From the NCBI GenBank assembly GCA_023667385.1, contig JAMPAE010000001.1:1-52833 (forward strand): a stretch of DNA of 52,833 nucleotides, given 5' to 3'. Each line of letters opens with the position of its first letter. Position 1 is the first letter of the stretch. Position numbers and translations under genes: made by a program. Under the pieces are notes generated by a model. That model was not told the DNA's origin and ran no database searches. It saw nothing but the letters and a program-made list of their open reading frames with translations. The DNA comes from Ruminococcus sp. GTDB lineage: Bacteria > Bacillota > Clostridia > Oscillospirales > Acutalibacteraceae. This document shows positions 26,301-34,841 of this stretch, piece by piece.

Positions 26301-26851
26301 AAATCACGTTTGCCGAAGCTGATGCAATGGCAACCTTTTGGCACGAAATATGCCACAATCGCAATACGTCCGGCAATATGCGCCTAACGAAAATGGAAAC
26401 AAGGTTTATGGAGTTGGCAAATGAATTTGTGGCACGACATTCTTTGCCTGAATTTTATGCGAAATTGGGCGCAAGTCATGTTCCGCACCCTGAATTTCAG
26501 ACCGACCGAAATTCCACGAATTATAATGAAATGGTCACGAATTATGATTTTGTTATCACAAAATTGGGATTGTCGCATTCCAAGACCCTTGCATCAGTCC
26601 GCAAGCACTTATTTTCGGGTGCATACAATGACCAACAAACGGGATTGGGTCAAGGCTTGCTTGATGGTGGTTTGAAATATGCCAACGGAAAAGCGGTCAA
26701 AAAATCCGATTTGAATGCCTTGTTGAAATTGATAAGGACAACCGAAAGTGACGTAAGAACATACGACCCCAAACAAGGTAAATTTGTGATTACAAAGACC
26801 CGTCAAGACATCATTGTTGAATGGCTAAAAGAAAAAGGGTTCATTGTATAA
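23348..26851 (+). CDS. Head morphogenesis protein (SPP1 gp7 / Mu F family) fused to a large polyvalent C-terminal region with two zincin-like HExxH modules
   Basis: The gp7/MuF core ends in KGWHPQCRCYAVP. HEIGH is at 24863..24877 with a downstream EYFAEAF at 25016. HEICH is at 26342..26356 with a downstream ELANEF. The track start at 23318 is a TTG. Confidence 0.75.
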   Translation: MAKKKQQPKATRFSIQGFDLNHFRATEQYAAMVQALFDRATLLMSQAATRGTIDPDKPFSFDDYPALKAELQKVASQLASQLTTTIEKGSRNQWLFACDKNDGFIDSIMDTSKVSKARLKKMQDRNLDALRTFQDRKVGGMNLSQRVWRYVGQYKEQLESALDVGLGEGRSAQELARDVKKNLREPDRLFRRVRDKRGNLVLSKAARAYHPGQGVYRSSVKNAQRLTRSEINMAYRESDFLRWQQLDFVVGFEIKRSNWHDEDGHEYKCKLCDRLQGRYPKSFKFKGWHPQCRCYAVPILMDEETFDENELGDLKAALRGTEYKKKQARYVVTDVPDAFKEWVEENKDTVSGWSSTPYFIQDNFVDGDITKGLKIDLPTVEPDMPTIPTFKATTPQEIKDFILANIADDCTLEIGKNDLDLWNDIVNQLNQRIQQFGLPKFSRIGKPANRQAEASWDGNNNGFNLNIPYLRNQTAIARAEKWKKKGVFYSHTYEDKEDYVRAVIDHEIGHCLLSQFGFKSDAISTMGKAGKSIMLNGKPFNEINDVLGYYASTDVDEYFAEAFAMFAGKNRDKLGEYTRSMMERFVEKVKKKTGQDPFAAPGKSEPKIDPVQAQLDALMPSVEAARKICQEWGIVMQEKRLNEAVAEKDIKTINGCIAAITSIDTKYTTEMSAFFADCTHLIKEMNESGGDFKTIIAELTQYMTNLSKDKKMWSDGASFYQSEIQKAKDKLKQYKASPEASMTASQKSLLSDVRITIRQAEEWGISTTKIKGLMQQFIDHPNFDWRTQPESENYERFLENEYFALEGKITQVRKKMEQFLTEARALIKEADKLGLDTDANRNDLSRYVFALSGSDKAYTWGQFKNEIKKIYNALKVTIDETVKKNEEEAARKSSMEHEATFTGEPHKAVKIDYKTDSEVDATFAEINKDFTVERWFENGDLRLTPTNERGVNGFTYMDGRISLKPDRLRLVKSALGKIGQKKTSEITFAEADAMATFWHEICHNRNTSGNMRLTKMETRFMELANEFVARHSLPEFYAKLGASHVPHPEFQTDRNSTNYNEMVTNYDFVITKLGLSHSKTLASVRKHLFSGAYNDQQTGLGQGLLDGGLKYANGKAVKKSDLNALLKLIRTTESDVRTYDPKQGKFVITKTRQDIIVEWLKEKGFIV

Positions 26852-26853
26852 AG

Positions 26854-26879
26854 AAAGGGCGGCATTGCGACCGCCCTTT
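26854..26879. terminator. Bidirectional GC-stem hairpin between convergent genes
   Basis: aaagggcgg-cattgcga-ccgcccttt is flanked by an A-run and a T-run. Confidence 0.65.
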
Positions 26880-26880
26880 T

Positions 26881-27138
26881 CTATTCGTTGAAATATGCCG
26901 TTAATTCCTTTTCAAATTGGCTTTCAGCTTGCTTTTTTAATTCATCATCGCCAATGATTTCGGCAAGGTCTATGAAAGAGAATGCAAGTTGATGTGGAGA
27001 TTGCGCCCAATAGTCTTTCAAGTATTGGTCACGGTCGCACCCCTTTGGGATGTACGGCAATACTTCTTCAAGAATCACCGGGTCTTTGGTAAAATCAAAG
27101 ACAGTCTTGTTTTTTAGGTTTGAATAATCTTTTTTCAT
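26881..27138 (-). CDS. Hypothetical protein (island gene 10)
   Basis: 85-aa ORF with an ATGA overlap onto the upstream gene. Confidence 0.5.
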   Translation of the reverse strand: MKKDYSNLKNKTVFDFTKDPVILEEVLPYIPKGCDRDQYLKDYWAQSPHQLAFSFIDLAEIIGDDELKKQAESQFEKELTAYFNE

Positions 27139-27449
27139 TTTGATTGATGTTTTCGTTCAATCGTGCCGCGATAGATGCGACACTTGTTGTTGATATAAGG
27201 GCGGTCGGGGGCAAGACCATAATTCCACAAGGTTGTCATTGACACACCCAATTCATCAGGCGTGAAACGCTCAAAGATTGCGGCGATTGACCCAAAATAA
27301 TAGTGTCTATCATCGCCCAAGCAGACGTGAACGACTTGTTCTTGCTTCATTTCGGCTTCATTAGTTTGTGCAAAGTTAACATTTTTCGGTCGGATTTGAG
27401 GAAACACACGCGGTTCATCGTGTCGTTCCTGAAAAGTCAAACCATTCAC
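27135..27449 (-). CDS. Hypothetical protein (island gene 9)
   Basis: 104-aa ORF that overlaps the upstream gene. Confidence 0.5.
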   Translation of the reverse strand: MNGLTFQERHDEPRVFPQIRPKNVNFAQTNEAEMKQEQVVHVCLGDDRHYYFGSIAAIFERFTPDELGVSMTTLWNYGLAPDRPYINNKCRIYRGTIERKHQSK

Positions 27450-27972
27450 GGGGCGAATTGAATGCCGCCTTTTTGATTTCGCGGTAAAAGGCTTTGTTCA
27501 GCTTGCGCAACCTTGCAAGATGTTCATGGGGATGCCATCGCCAATTCGGCATCACTTCATTGTTTGCTGAATAAATGCCGCCTTGTTTCGGCTCAAAGCG
27601 GGCAAAGGCAACCAAGTGTCCGTCTTTGATGAAAACAACGTCACAATCGCTTGAATTGTGCTTTTTGGGGTATCGTATTGCCTTGCATCCTGAATAATAT
27701 TCTTGGATGCGGCGTTGTTGTTCCATCGCTTCACGGATTCTTGCCGCCTTGTTCTTGCGGAAATCCCAAAGGTCGGCGGCAACCTTGTGGCGCAATTCGG
27801 CGACATTGATGGGGTCATTGCCCGTTGCGATGTCATAAGGCATCAGACCGTCAACGAACATACGCACGGCACGTTCAAAGTTTTCCTTGTCCACAATCTT
27901 GTTGTGAAAGTCGGTCAGGAAGTCGGGGGAAAGGTTGAACCTTTCCGAAAGGGAATTGATTATTGATTCCAT
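27415..27972 (-). CDS. Hypothetical protein (island gene 8)
   Basis: 185-aa ORF. No motif recognised. Confidence 0.5.
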   Translation of the reverse strand: MESIINSLSERFNLSPDFLTDFHNKIVDKENFERAVRMFVDGLMPYDIATGNDPINVAELRHKVAADLWDFRKNKAARIREAMEQQRRIQEYYSGCKAIRYPKKHNSSDCDVVFIKDGHLVAFARFEPKQGGIYSANNEVMPNWRWHPHEHLARLRKLNKAFYREIKKAAFNSPREWFDFSGTTR

Positions 27973-27979
27973 TTTGTTG

Positions 27980-28450
27980 TTATTTGGTTGATTTTATGTT
28001 GAGTAATTTTGCAAGGGCGAATTGTTCCGGCGAAAGGATTGTTCGCCAATATGATTCGGGGTATTTATCCCACGGAATCTTGTATGTGCAATGGTCTTGG
28101 GATTCGTGACCCCACCATTGGCAATGTCGGTTTTCATCGGTTGAATCCTTGCACACTTCAAGGATTTCCCCACACAATTTGCGCATACACGTTTCACATT
28201 GTGCGGTGTATTCGGGTGCATCCTTGACAACATTGTTTTCAATCGCCCAAGAATAAGCGTTGTTTAATTCCGTTTCAAGGGATGTGCCGATGAATGTTGC
28301 AAGTTCAACACCACCTTTGCCGATTGTAACCTTGACACAGGGCGAATAAATGGGTTGCCCTGATTCATCCACACCGTCAATTTTGAGATTGGACACACGC
28401 ACGAACACTTTGCGGCGTGTCAAGATGTCAAAGATTTCAAGACCGTTCAT
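27980..28450 (-). CDS. Hypothetical Cys/His-rich protein (island gene 7)
   Basis: The start MNGLEIF at 28450 forms an ATGA overlap with the upstream TM gene. It contains CETCMRKLCGEILEVCKDSTDENRHCQWWGHESQDHC. The track ORF extends to 28606. Confidence 0.5.
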   Translation of the reverse strand: MNGLEIFDILTRRKVFVRVSNLKIDGVDESGQPIYSPCVKVTIGKGGVELATFIGTSLETELNNAYSWAIENNVVKDAPEYTAQCETCMRKLCGEILEVCKDSTDENRHCQWWGHESQDHCTYKIPWDKYPESYWRTILSPEQFALAKLLNIKSTK

Positions 28451-28641
28451 TTCTTCTTGTTTTTGAGGATTGAGAAAAACACGACCACCGCGAAAAATGC
28501 GATGATGCCAACGGCACACGGAATCCAAAGGGGTGCAAAGACCCAACCCCAATTCAAGCCGGGGTTGATGAAAAGTTTGATGGCGACCAAAAGCACGGTC
28601 AGCCACAAAAGGGTTATCGTTGCGATGTCACGCTTCTTCAT
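28447..28641 (-). CDS. Small two-TM membrane protein (island gene 6)
   Basis: 64 aa: ITLLWLTVLLVAIKLF ... LWIPCAVGIIAFFAVVVFFSIL. Confidence 0.5.
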   Translation of the reverse strand: MKKRDIATITLLWLTVLLVAIKLFINPGLNWGWVFAPLWIPCAVGIIAFFAVVVFFSILKNKKK

Positions 28642-28945
28642 GTTGATAGATGTTATATGTTTTGTTAATTGATTGGTATATTTCCGACAAGGTGCAATTC
28701 ACATATTCGGATTTTAACGCATACCACAAACCGGGTGTTTCGCCATAAGAGGTCGTGAACCATTCCTTTGCATCACGCCATTGCAACCACGAAAAGACGG
28801 CAAATTTGTGGCGCGGCATACGTTCTTCAAGGGTTGTCAGGGCGACACGACCGTTGGGCGACTTCTTGATTAGCGTTGCGACATTCTTGTAAAAGTGTGC
28901 AAGCACTTTATCTTGCTTTGAGGGTTTATAGTTTTTATTCATCAT
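28628..28945 (-). CDS. Hypothetical protein (island gene 5)
   Basis: 105-aa ORF with overlaps on both sides. Confidence 0.5.
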   Translation of the reverse strand: MMNKNYKPSKQDKVLAHFYKNVATLIKKSPNGRVALTTLEERMPRHKFAVFSWLQWRDAKEWFTTSYGETPGLWYALKSEYVNCTLSEIYQSINKTYNIYQHEEA

Positions 28946-29639
28946 CGGTCAATTCTTGGGTTAAGAAATCACGGAACAAGGCGGCATCAACCAATCGCCG
29001 GATGCGTGTTGGCTTCATTCCACCCATATATTCGGGGATAATCTTTTGCATCTTATAAATTTCATCCGGCAAGATTGAATGCAGCTTGCGCCCCGCCTTT
29101 TTAGTTATCATATCATCAAAGTGTCGTGCATACCTTATCAGGGCGGCAAACATTGAACACACAAGGTCAGCTTGCGCGATGAACATAACCCAATCCGGCA
29201 ACAAGTCGGGATTCTTGCGCCGATATTCCGAATGAATCACGTTCCACGCCCATTGCAAGGTCGGCGATTCCTCAATGAATTGTTCGGCATGGTCGGCAAT
29301 GTTCTTGCGGTGGTCATAGTCAAGGATGCGTGAACGTGTGCGGTCATAATCACGCCACAATTCATTCAAGGCGCGTGAACAATGCCGCGTTTCACGGACT
29401 TTTAGAATCTTTGCAAGGTCGTTCAGGGTATCAATATAATCCCAAATGACATCAAAGAACACAAAGGGCAAGTAAGAGATTCGGAACACCGTGTGGCGGT
29501 CAAATGCCGTTTCAATGTTGAAATCCCTTTGCACCGGGCGCGATGGCATCACACTGAATGGCGATGGCTGCAACGGCATCATGCCCGGTCGGTGCTTCTT
29601 GATGAAGTCAAGTATTTCTTTGGGCGGTGTCGGTGTCAT
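28935..29639 (-). CDS. Hypothetical protein (island gene 4)
   Basis: The start at 29639 forms an ATGA overlap with the upstream stop. The track ORF extends to 29678. Confidence 0.5.
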   Translation of the reverse strand: MTPTPPKEILDFIKKHRPGMMPLQPSPFSVMPSRPVQRDFNIETAFDRHTVFRISYLPFVFFDVIWDYIDTLNDLAKILKVRETRHCSRALNELWRDYDRTRSRILDYDHRKNIADHAEQFIEESPTLQWAWNVIHSEYRRKNPDLLPDWVMFIAQADLVCSMFAALIRYARHFDDMITKKAGRKLHSILPDEIYKMQKIIPEYMGGMKPTRIRRLVDAALFRDFLTQELTDDE

Positions 29640-29935
29640 ATCAAACGCCAATGTGATGTGGTGATGCAACCGTAACATTCCGATGTGATGATTGCTTCAC
29701 CATCCTTAATCAGCGTGTCCACCTTGTCGGTCATAACCAAAAAGTCGCAACCGCCGCGTTCATTCTTGATTCGGATGAAATTGCGGTTATTAAGGCGGTC
29801 AAGGCTTATTTTGCGGATGATGATTTTGGTTGTTTCGCCAATCCAACCATCATAAAAGGTCAGCATCTTGCCGACAAGCGCATTTTGATAATATTGGGCA
29901 TCTTTCATGGTGTGGAAATTTAACCGTTGATGCAA
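29636..29935 (-). CDS. Hypothetical protein (island gene 3)
   Basis: 99-aa ORF with an alternative start at 29908. Confidence 0.45.
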   Translation of the reverse strand: MHQRLNFHTMKDAQYYQNALVGKMLTFYDGWIGETTKIIIRKISLDRLNNRNFIRIKNERGGCDFLVMTDKVDTLIKDGEAIITSECYGCITTSHWRLI

Positions 29936-30141
29936 TAATTGTATGCCTGACGGAATTTTGCTTGTGTAGGCGAAAAGCGAAAGTAAGACATCGCGTTTTG
30001 AACGTGTGTCACGGCATCAAGACCGCAAAGGGGTTTGAACTTGTTGATGATGGGTGTGACATCACGGTTAAGGGGATTGCCGTTGGTTGCGATGATAACC
30101 TTGCGGCATTCTTCTTTGATTGCTTTGTAAATCGGATTCAT
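29920..30141 (-). CDS. Hypothetical protein (island gene 2)
   Basis: The ATG at 30141 carries the conserved tttcgcaataATG context. The hairpin at 30160..30180 lies upstream of it. Confidence 0.45.
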   Translation of the reverse strand: MNPIYKAIKEECRKVIIATNGNPLNRDVTPIINKFKPLCGLDAVTHVQNAMSYFRFSPTQAKFRQAYNYCING

Positions 30142-30188
30142 TATTGCGAAAGGGTTGTTGGGGCGGCATTGCACCGCCCCGTGATTAT

Positions 30189-30551
30189 TTAGATGCGAGT
30201 GTGTGCGATTTTGTCAAGGTAGAAATCGCGTAATTCCCAAAAGAAATCGTTGTTGTCGGTCACGCCGTCACGAATGCAATCGCAAAGGGTGTTGGCGATG
30301 GTAGCTTTGAGATTGTCAAGTTCTTGGCGTGTGATTGCCTGACGTTCTGCAACGGTTACATATTCCGGGAACACTTCTTTGAATCGTTCATCGGAAAGGA
30401 ACATTGCCGATTGAATCTTGTTAAGCATTGTTTCATCGCCCTTGATTGTGATTACCTTGTCGAATTCTTCAAGGACTTCAGACACGCCCTTGATGTAGTT
30501 GATTTGGGCGGGTTGGTATTCGTTTTTGTAGATGCGGAGTGTATATTCCAT
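30189..30551 (-). CDS. Hypothetical protein (island gene 1)
   Basis: 120-aa ORF whose ATG at 30551 carries the tttcgcaataATG context. Confidence 0.5.
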   Translation of the reverse strand: MEYTLRIYKNEYQPAQINYIKGVSEVLEEFDKVITIKGDETMLNKIQSAMFLSDERFKEVFPEYVTVAERQAITRQELDNLKATIANTLCDCIRDGVTDNNDFFWELRDFYLDKIAHTRI

Positions 30552-30610
30552 TATTGCGAAAATTGTGGGGTTGCCCCCGGTTAAACAACGTGTCTTATAT
30601 TAAGACACCG

Positions 30611-30618
30611 CAAAGTTA
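30611..30618 (-). promoter_or_regulatory. Candidate -7 box TAACTTTG driving the minus-strand island
   Basis: The reverse complement of caaagtta is TAACTTTG, the same octamer as at 3409 and 3446. It lies 60 nt upstream of the ATG at 30551. Confidence 0.35.
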
Positions 30619-30758
30619 TGTGTTATTTTGGAAATAACAAACTTTTTCGGCAAAAATTTTGCTTTTGCATTGCATTTTCTTTGCTTGTGCAGTGCAAAAT
30701 GTGAATAACTTGGGGATAACATTGTTGAACAATATAAATGTATTACTATAAAACACAC

Positions 30759-30766
30759 TAAATTTG
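30759..30766 (+). promoter_or_regulatory. Candidate -7 box TAAATTTG for the head gene operon
   Basis: It matches TAnnTTTG and lies 40 nt upstream of the ATG at 30806. Confidence 0.35.
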
Positions 30767-30805
30767 CCATTGATTTGTAGAACCAATTAACATCACAACA
30801 CAAAA

Positions 30806-31501
30806 ATGACCATCCAAGAAATTTTGGCGTTACTGACCGCAAAGTTTTCAGGCGCGCGAAAAGACGGGTTGACCACGTTGGCACGCACCATCGCGTTACA
30901 ATGTGCCACCATTGAAGAAGCGAGAACGATTGTTGACAAGTTGACCGATGCGCAAGTCAATGAGTTCATCAAGAATTTCCGTGCGGATGTTGACAAGGAA
31001 GTGACCGAGGGTGTCAAGACATCGGAAGCCAACTTGCGCAAGAAGTACAACATCAAGGAAGACCCCGCAACACCCCCCAAAGCTGAACCCGGCGGCAATG
31101 GGGAAAACATCGCCGACATTGTGAAAGCAGCTGTCGCCGAAGCGGTCAAGCCTTATGCCGACCGAATTGCGACAATGGAAACCGAGAATCTTAACAAATC
31201 AAGGCTTCAACGACTGAATGAAGCGTTGGCAAGCTGCAAGGACGCAACTTTCAAGGCGCAAACCCTGAAAGACTTTGCCCGAATGCAATTTGCCGATGAT
31301 TCGGCATTTGATGAATACTTGACCGAAAAGACCACGGACATCACCGCCGCAAATCAGGCGTTTGCCGATAACTCAATGCGACAATCAGGTGGAACGCCCC
31401 TTTTCTCCAACAAGGGCGAATCCGGCGTTTCAAAAGCCGTTGCCGACTTTGTGGCAAGCGCAAACCCCGCCAACAATCAGTTTGCGGGCAAAGAACTTTA
31501 A
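30806..31501 (+). CDS. Scaffolding protein
   Basis: 231 aa, predicted helical and charged, Ala/Lys/Glu-rich. It lies immediately upstream of the capsid genes. Confidence 0.55.
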   Translation: MTIQEILALLTAKFSGARKDGLTTLARTIALQCATIEEARTIVDKLTDAQVNEFIKNFRADVDKEVTEGVKTSEANLRKKYNIKEDPATPPKAEPGGNGENIADIVKAAVAEAVKPYADRIATMETENLNKSRLQRLNEALASCKDATFKAQTLKDFARMQFADDSAFDEYLTEKTTDITAANQAFADNSMRQSGGTPLFSNKGESGVSKAVADFVASANPANNQFAGKEL

Positions 31502-31526
31502 GTTTAACCCAAAACCCTTTTAAGAA

Positions 31527-32096
31527 ATGACAATGCAAGTCAAACGCAAAAAGGACAACCGCGTTGTGAAATGTATTCTTCATCGTGTCGCCGACATCCC
31601 CGGCGGTGTGACTGTTGAAACATCCACACTTGGCGGTAAGGCACTTTTTGAGGGTACGCCGCTTGGCAAGGGGAATGACGGTCTTTATTGCGTGGCAAAA
31701 ACCGCGCAGATAGTCACCGCAGCCGATGCCGCCGCCACCGCCTATGAGGTTGGGAAAGGAAGCCATTTCAAAGTTGGCGACCGCTTTTCAGCCGGGGGCG
31801 CAAACGGTCAGGTTATCGCAAGCATTGATAAGTCCGACCCCGCAAAGGACATCATCACACTTTCGGCAACGCTTGGAAAAGCGGTCAAGGTGGGTGACGT
31901 TGCCTTTGAATCAGCCGGAGCGAACACCACCCCGAAAGTCGTTCCAACCGTTATCGCGGGTTCAAACTATGACGTTGAACCCGATGGTGACAACCTTTGG
32001 GTTGACGCATGGGTTATCGCGGTTGTGCGTGACACCAACGCCCCCGCCGTTACCCCGGCGATGCTTACAACCCTTAAAGGCATCAATTATGTTTAA
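31527..32096 (+). CDS. Capsid decoration / cement-like protein
   Basis: 189 aa, Gly/Ala/Val-rich, located between the scaffold and major capsid genes. The call rests mainly on position. Confidence 0.35.
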   Translation: MTMQVKRKKDNRVVKCILHRVADIPGGVTVETSTLGGKALFEGTPLGKGNDGLYCVAKTAQIVTAADAAATAYEVGKGSHFKVGDRFSAGGANGQVIASIDKSDPAKDIITLSATLGKAVKVGDVAFESAGANTTPKVVPTVIAGSNYDVEPDGDNLWVDAWVIAVVRDTNAPAVTPAMLTTLKGINYV

Positions 32097-32115
32097 CCGT
32101 TAACGCACCAAGAAT

Positions 32116-33228
32116 ATGCAGAAAACACTGATGCAGGGGCTTACCGAAAAGGACATGGAAGCGGTTATTCACTCCTATGACCTTAAAGAGTATTATTACC
32201 CCACATTGTTTCCGCTCAAAGAAACAAACACTTTGACGTGGAAAGTGCTTGAAGCGCAAGCGGGATTAAAGATTGCCGCCGACCTGACGGCAAGGGGTGC
32301 ATCAATCCCCAAGAAAACCCGCGATGCCATTTCAAGGCTGCAAGGCGACATTCCCAAAATCACCATTTCGCGTGAAAAACTTGAAGATGAACTTACCGAA
32401 TACGACATCATGGTGGCAATGGCATCTAACGATGCCGACTTGCGCAACCTTGTTGAGTTTTGGGCAGAGGACACCAAGTTTTGTTGGGATGGCGTTGCCG
32501 CCCGTGCCGAATGGATTGCGCTCAAATCAATTTCGTGCGGTGGCAAGCTGAAAATCAGCAATTCCAACAATGCCACCGTTGTAACCGAATATGATGTTGA
32601 CTATCAGATTCCCGCAGAACAAAAGATTGGCGTTGCCACGTCTTATGTTTCGGGAACGGCGGGCAAGCCTTTCACAAAGGACATCCCCAACGCCCTGAAA
32701 ATCGGTCGCCGTCTTTTCGGTGTGAAATACAAGTTTGCGTTTATGAACGTGGAAACCTTTGAAAAACTTGCCGCGCAAGATGAGGTTTACAAGCGTTGCG
32801 CAACCCTTGTTCAGAACCTGACCGAAACCCAAGATGCGCCCAATTTGCAGTCGGTTAACGCCTATCTTGCAAAGCGCACCGAAACTTTCCGTGGTCTGCA
32901 AATCATCGTGATTGACCAAGACATCACAATTGAACTTGCAGACGGCACACGCATAACGGGCAACCCCTTTGAAGATGATGTGATTTTGTTTTCCGAAAGC
33001 AAGGTTCTTGGAAACACCTTTTGGAAAACGCCCATTGAAGCAAAGAAGCGTCCCGGCAGCGTTGCCGAAAAGGTTATGCACGGTCATACCCTTGTGCAGA
33101 AATTTTCAGAGGATGAAACCCCCGTGCGTGAAGTCACCGAGGGAATCGCAAACCTTTTCCCGGCGTGGAAACTTGCGGGTCGTTCCGTCCTTATGCAAAT
33201 CAACGCAACCACATGGAATAAGAACTAA
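32116..33228 (+). CDS. Major capsid protein
   Basis: 370 aa. The call rests on size and position after the scaffold and decoration genes, and on the strong hairpin that follows. Confidence 0.65.
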   Translation: MQKTLMQGLTEKDMEAVIHSYDLKEYYYPTLFPLKETNTLTWKVLEAQAGLKIAADLTARGASIPKKTRDAISRLQGDIPKITISREKLEDELTEYDIMVAMASNDADLRNLVEFWAEDTKFCWDGVAARAEWIALKSISCGGKLKISNSNNATVVTEYDVDYQIPAEQKIGVATSYVSGTAGKPFTKDIPNALKIGRRLFGVKYKFAFMNVETFEKLAAQDEVYKRCATLVQNLTETQDAPNLQSVNAYLAKRTETFRGLQIIVIDQDITIELADGTRITGNPFEDDVILFSESKVLGNTFWKTPIEAKKRPGSVAEKVMHGHTLVQKFSEDETPVREVTEGIANLFPAWKLAGRSVLMQINATTWNKN

Positions 33229-33233
33229 CGACC

Positions 33234-33277
33234 GACCACCGGGGCGACACCTGAAAAGGCGAACCCCGGCGGTCTTT
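33234..33277 (+). terminator. Hairpin/attenuator after the major capsid gene
   Basis: gaccaccggggcg ... cgaaccccggcggtc forms about 13 bp with one mismatch, followed by ttt. Confidence 0.45.
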
Positions 33278-33291
33278 GCAAGATTTGAAGC

Positions 33292-33615
33292 ATGGCAACA
33301 ACCACCAACAAAGAATATTTGACCAAGACATTAGGCGGTCTTAACGTGTCGGACAACGACATTGACGTGATATTGCTTAAAGCCGGACTTGATGAAGATG
33401 CCCCCGTGGACGTTACAAGTTGCGACCTTGCCGTTTATAACCGATTTTCGGTTGTGATTGCGGCGGCAGCGCAAAATGTGTCCGAGGGCGGTTATTCCAT
33501 TTCTTGGAACATTGAAGCCGTCAAGTTGTATTACAACGCCCTTTGTCGTGAACTTGGCAAAGACAACGTGTTGGAAGCAAAACCGAAAATTCGTAACCGT
33601 TCAAACTTTTGGTGA
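33292..33615 (+). CDS. Head-tail connector protein
   Basis: 107 aa. The call is by position. Confidence 0.4.
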   Translation: MATTTNKEYLTKTLGGLNVSDNDIDVILLKAGLDEDAPVDVTSCDLAVYNRFSVVIAAAAQNVSEGGYSISWNIEAVKLYYNALCRELGKDNVLEAKPKIRNRSNFW

Positions 33616-33617
33616 TT

Positions 33618-33953
33618 ATGGCAATGGTCAAACAATATCCCCATTTCCTATTCATTGAAACCGCCCCGGAATCCGTTCAGGACGCAAAGGGCGCGTGGAC
33701 GGAAACCGAGCCGTCACGCACATTCATTTCAATGTGCCGTGAAGAATCAGACGGACGCGGCGCGGAATATCAGGTTGCCGGGGGAGAATACCACAAGGCA
33801 ACATCATTGATTCAATGCCCCAAGTCGTGTCCGCTTGTTCCGAAAGGCACAAAAGTGATTGTCGCAAATGACCGGGATTGTTCCGACATACGGATAATTG
33901 GTGAATGCCTGAATTTTGACCCATCGCAACTTCATTGTCGGTTATGGCTATAA
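33618..33953 (+). CDS. Head closure / head-tail adaptor protein
   Basis: About 111 aa. The call is by position. The track start at 33609 is a TTG. Confidence 0.4.
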   Translation: MAMVKQYPHFLFIETAPESVQDAKGAWTETEPSRTFISMCREESDGRGAEYQVAGGEYHKATSLIQCPKSCPLVPKGTKVIVANDRDCSDIRIIGECLNFDPSQLHCRLWL

Positions 33954-34411
33954 GACCCGATTTCACCCCCAATGATGTCAAGCGGCGGTTTGACGCATTC
34001 TTGGAAGAAGTCAAGAAGAAGCAAATCGCACGTTTGCAGAAATTGGGCGAAATGTGCCTTATTGAAGCGCGTAACAACAAAGGTTATATGATGCAGACCG
34101 GGGCGTTACTTTCATCAACGGGATATATGATTTTCGTTGATGGCGTAGCACTCCACACACAATTTGATGCCGCAAGCGGCGCGGAATCCAACGCGGCGCA
34201 AGAGGGCATCAAGGCGGGCGAAAGTCTTGCCGATAAGGTGGGAAAGGAAACAAAGGGCGTTGCCCTTGTGGTCGTTGCCGGAATGAATTATGCGATGTAC
34301 GTTGAAGCCAAAGGCTATAACGTGCTGACATCAGCCGAACATCTTGCAGAAAGGGAGTTGCCCCGAATGTTAGAAAAACTTGTTTCAAACATCAAAGCCG
34401 CAGCGGAATGA
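33944..34411 (+). CDS. Head-tail joining protein (HK97 gp10-like position)
   Basis: About 155 aa. The call is by position. The track start at 33935 is a TTG. Confidence 0.4.
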   Translation: MAIRPDFTPNDVKRRFDAFLEEVKKKQIARLQKLGEMCLIEARNNKGYMMQTGALLSSTGYMIFVDGVALHTQFDAASGAESNAAQEGIKAGESLADKVGKETKGVALVVVAGMNYAMYVEAKGYNVLTSAEHLAERELPRMLEKLVSNIKAAAE

Positions 34412-34824
34412 AAGACAACTTGAAAACCCCATTTGACACCGATGGCATCTTGTTTGGGTTGCTTGTCGGTAAAACGTCAATCAAAGGCGGGGTCTTTGTC
34501 GGCGATGAACGCCCCGAAGATTCCACCGATGAAGATATTGTCGTTAACACAATTGACCTTGAAGCGGACGCATTGCCCCAATTAGGCACGTCCAACATCA
34601 ACATTTATGTGACCGACACTTCAAAGCGTGTCAAAGGGAAAATGCAGATGTCGGCAAACCGCCAACGCCTTGACCTTTTAACCCAAGAAGTCTTGAATCT
34701 TGTTCGCAATGCCGTTTTGCCCGGCATGAAGATAATCCCGAAAGGGGCAACAATTATGTATGAGCCGAACACCAAACAACACTTTGTGAACATTCGGATT
34801 GATTGGAATATTCAGACAACTTAA
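34408..34824 (+). CDS. Tail completion / tail terminator protein
   Basis: 138 aa with an ATGA overlap onto the upstream gene. It lies upstream of the major tail gene. Confidence 0.4.
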   Translation: MKDNLKTPFDTDGILFGLLVGKTSIKGGVFVGDERPEDSTDEDIVVNTIDLEADALPQLGTSNINIYVTDTSKRVKGKMQMSANRQRLDLLTQEVLNLVRNAVLPGMKIIPKGATIMYEPNTKQHFVNIRIDWNIQTT

Positions 34825-34841
34825 TTCCCATTTTATAAATC

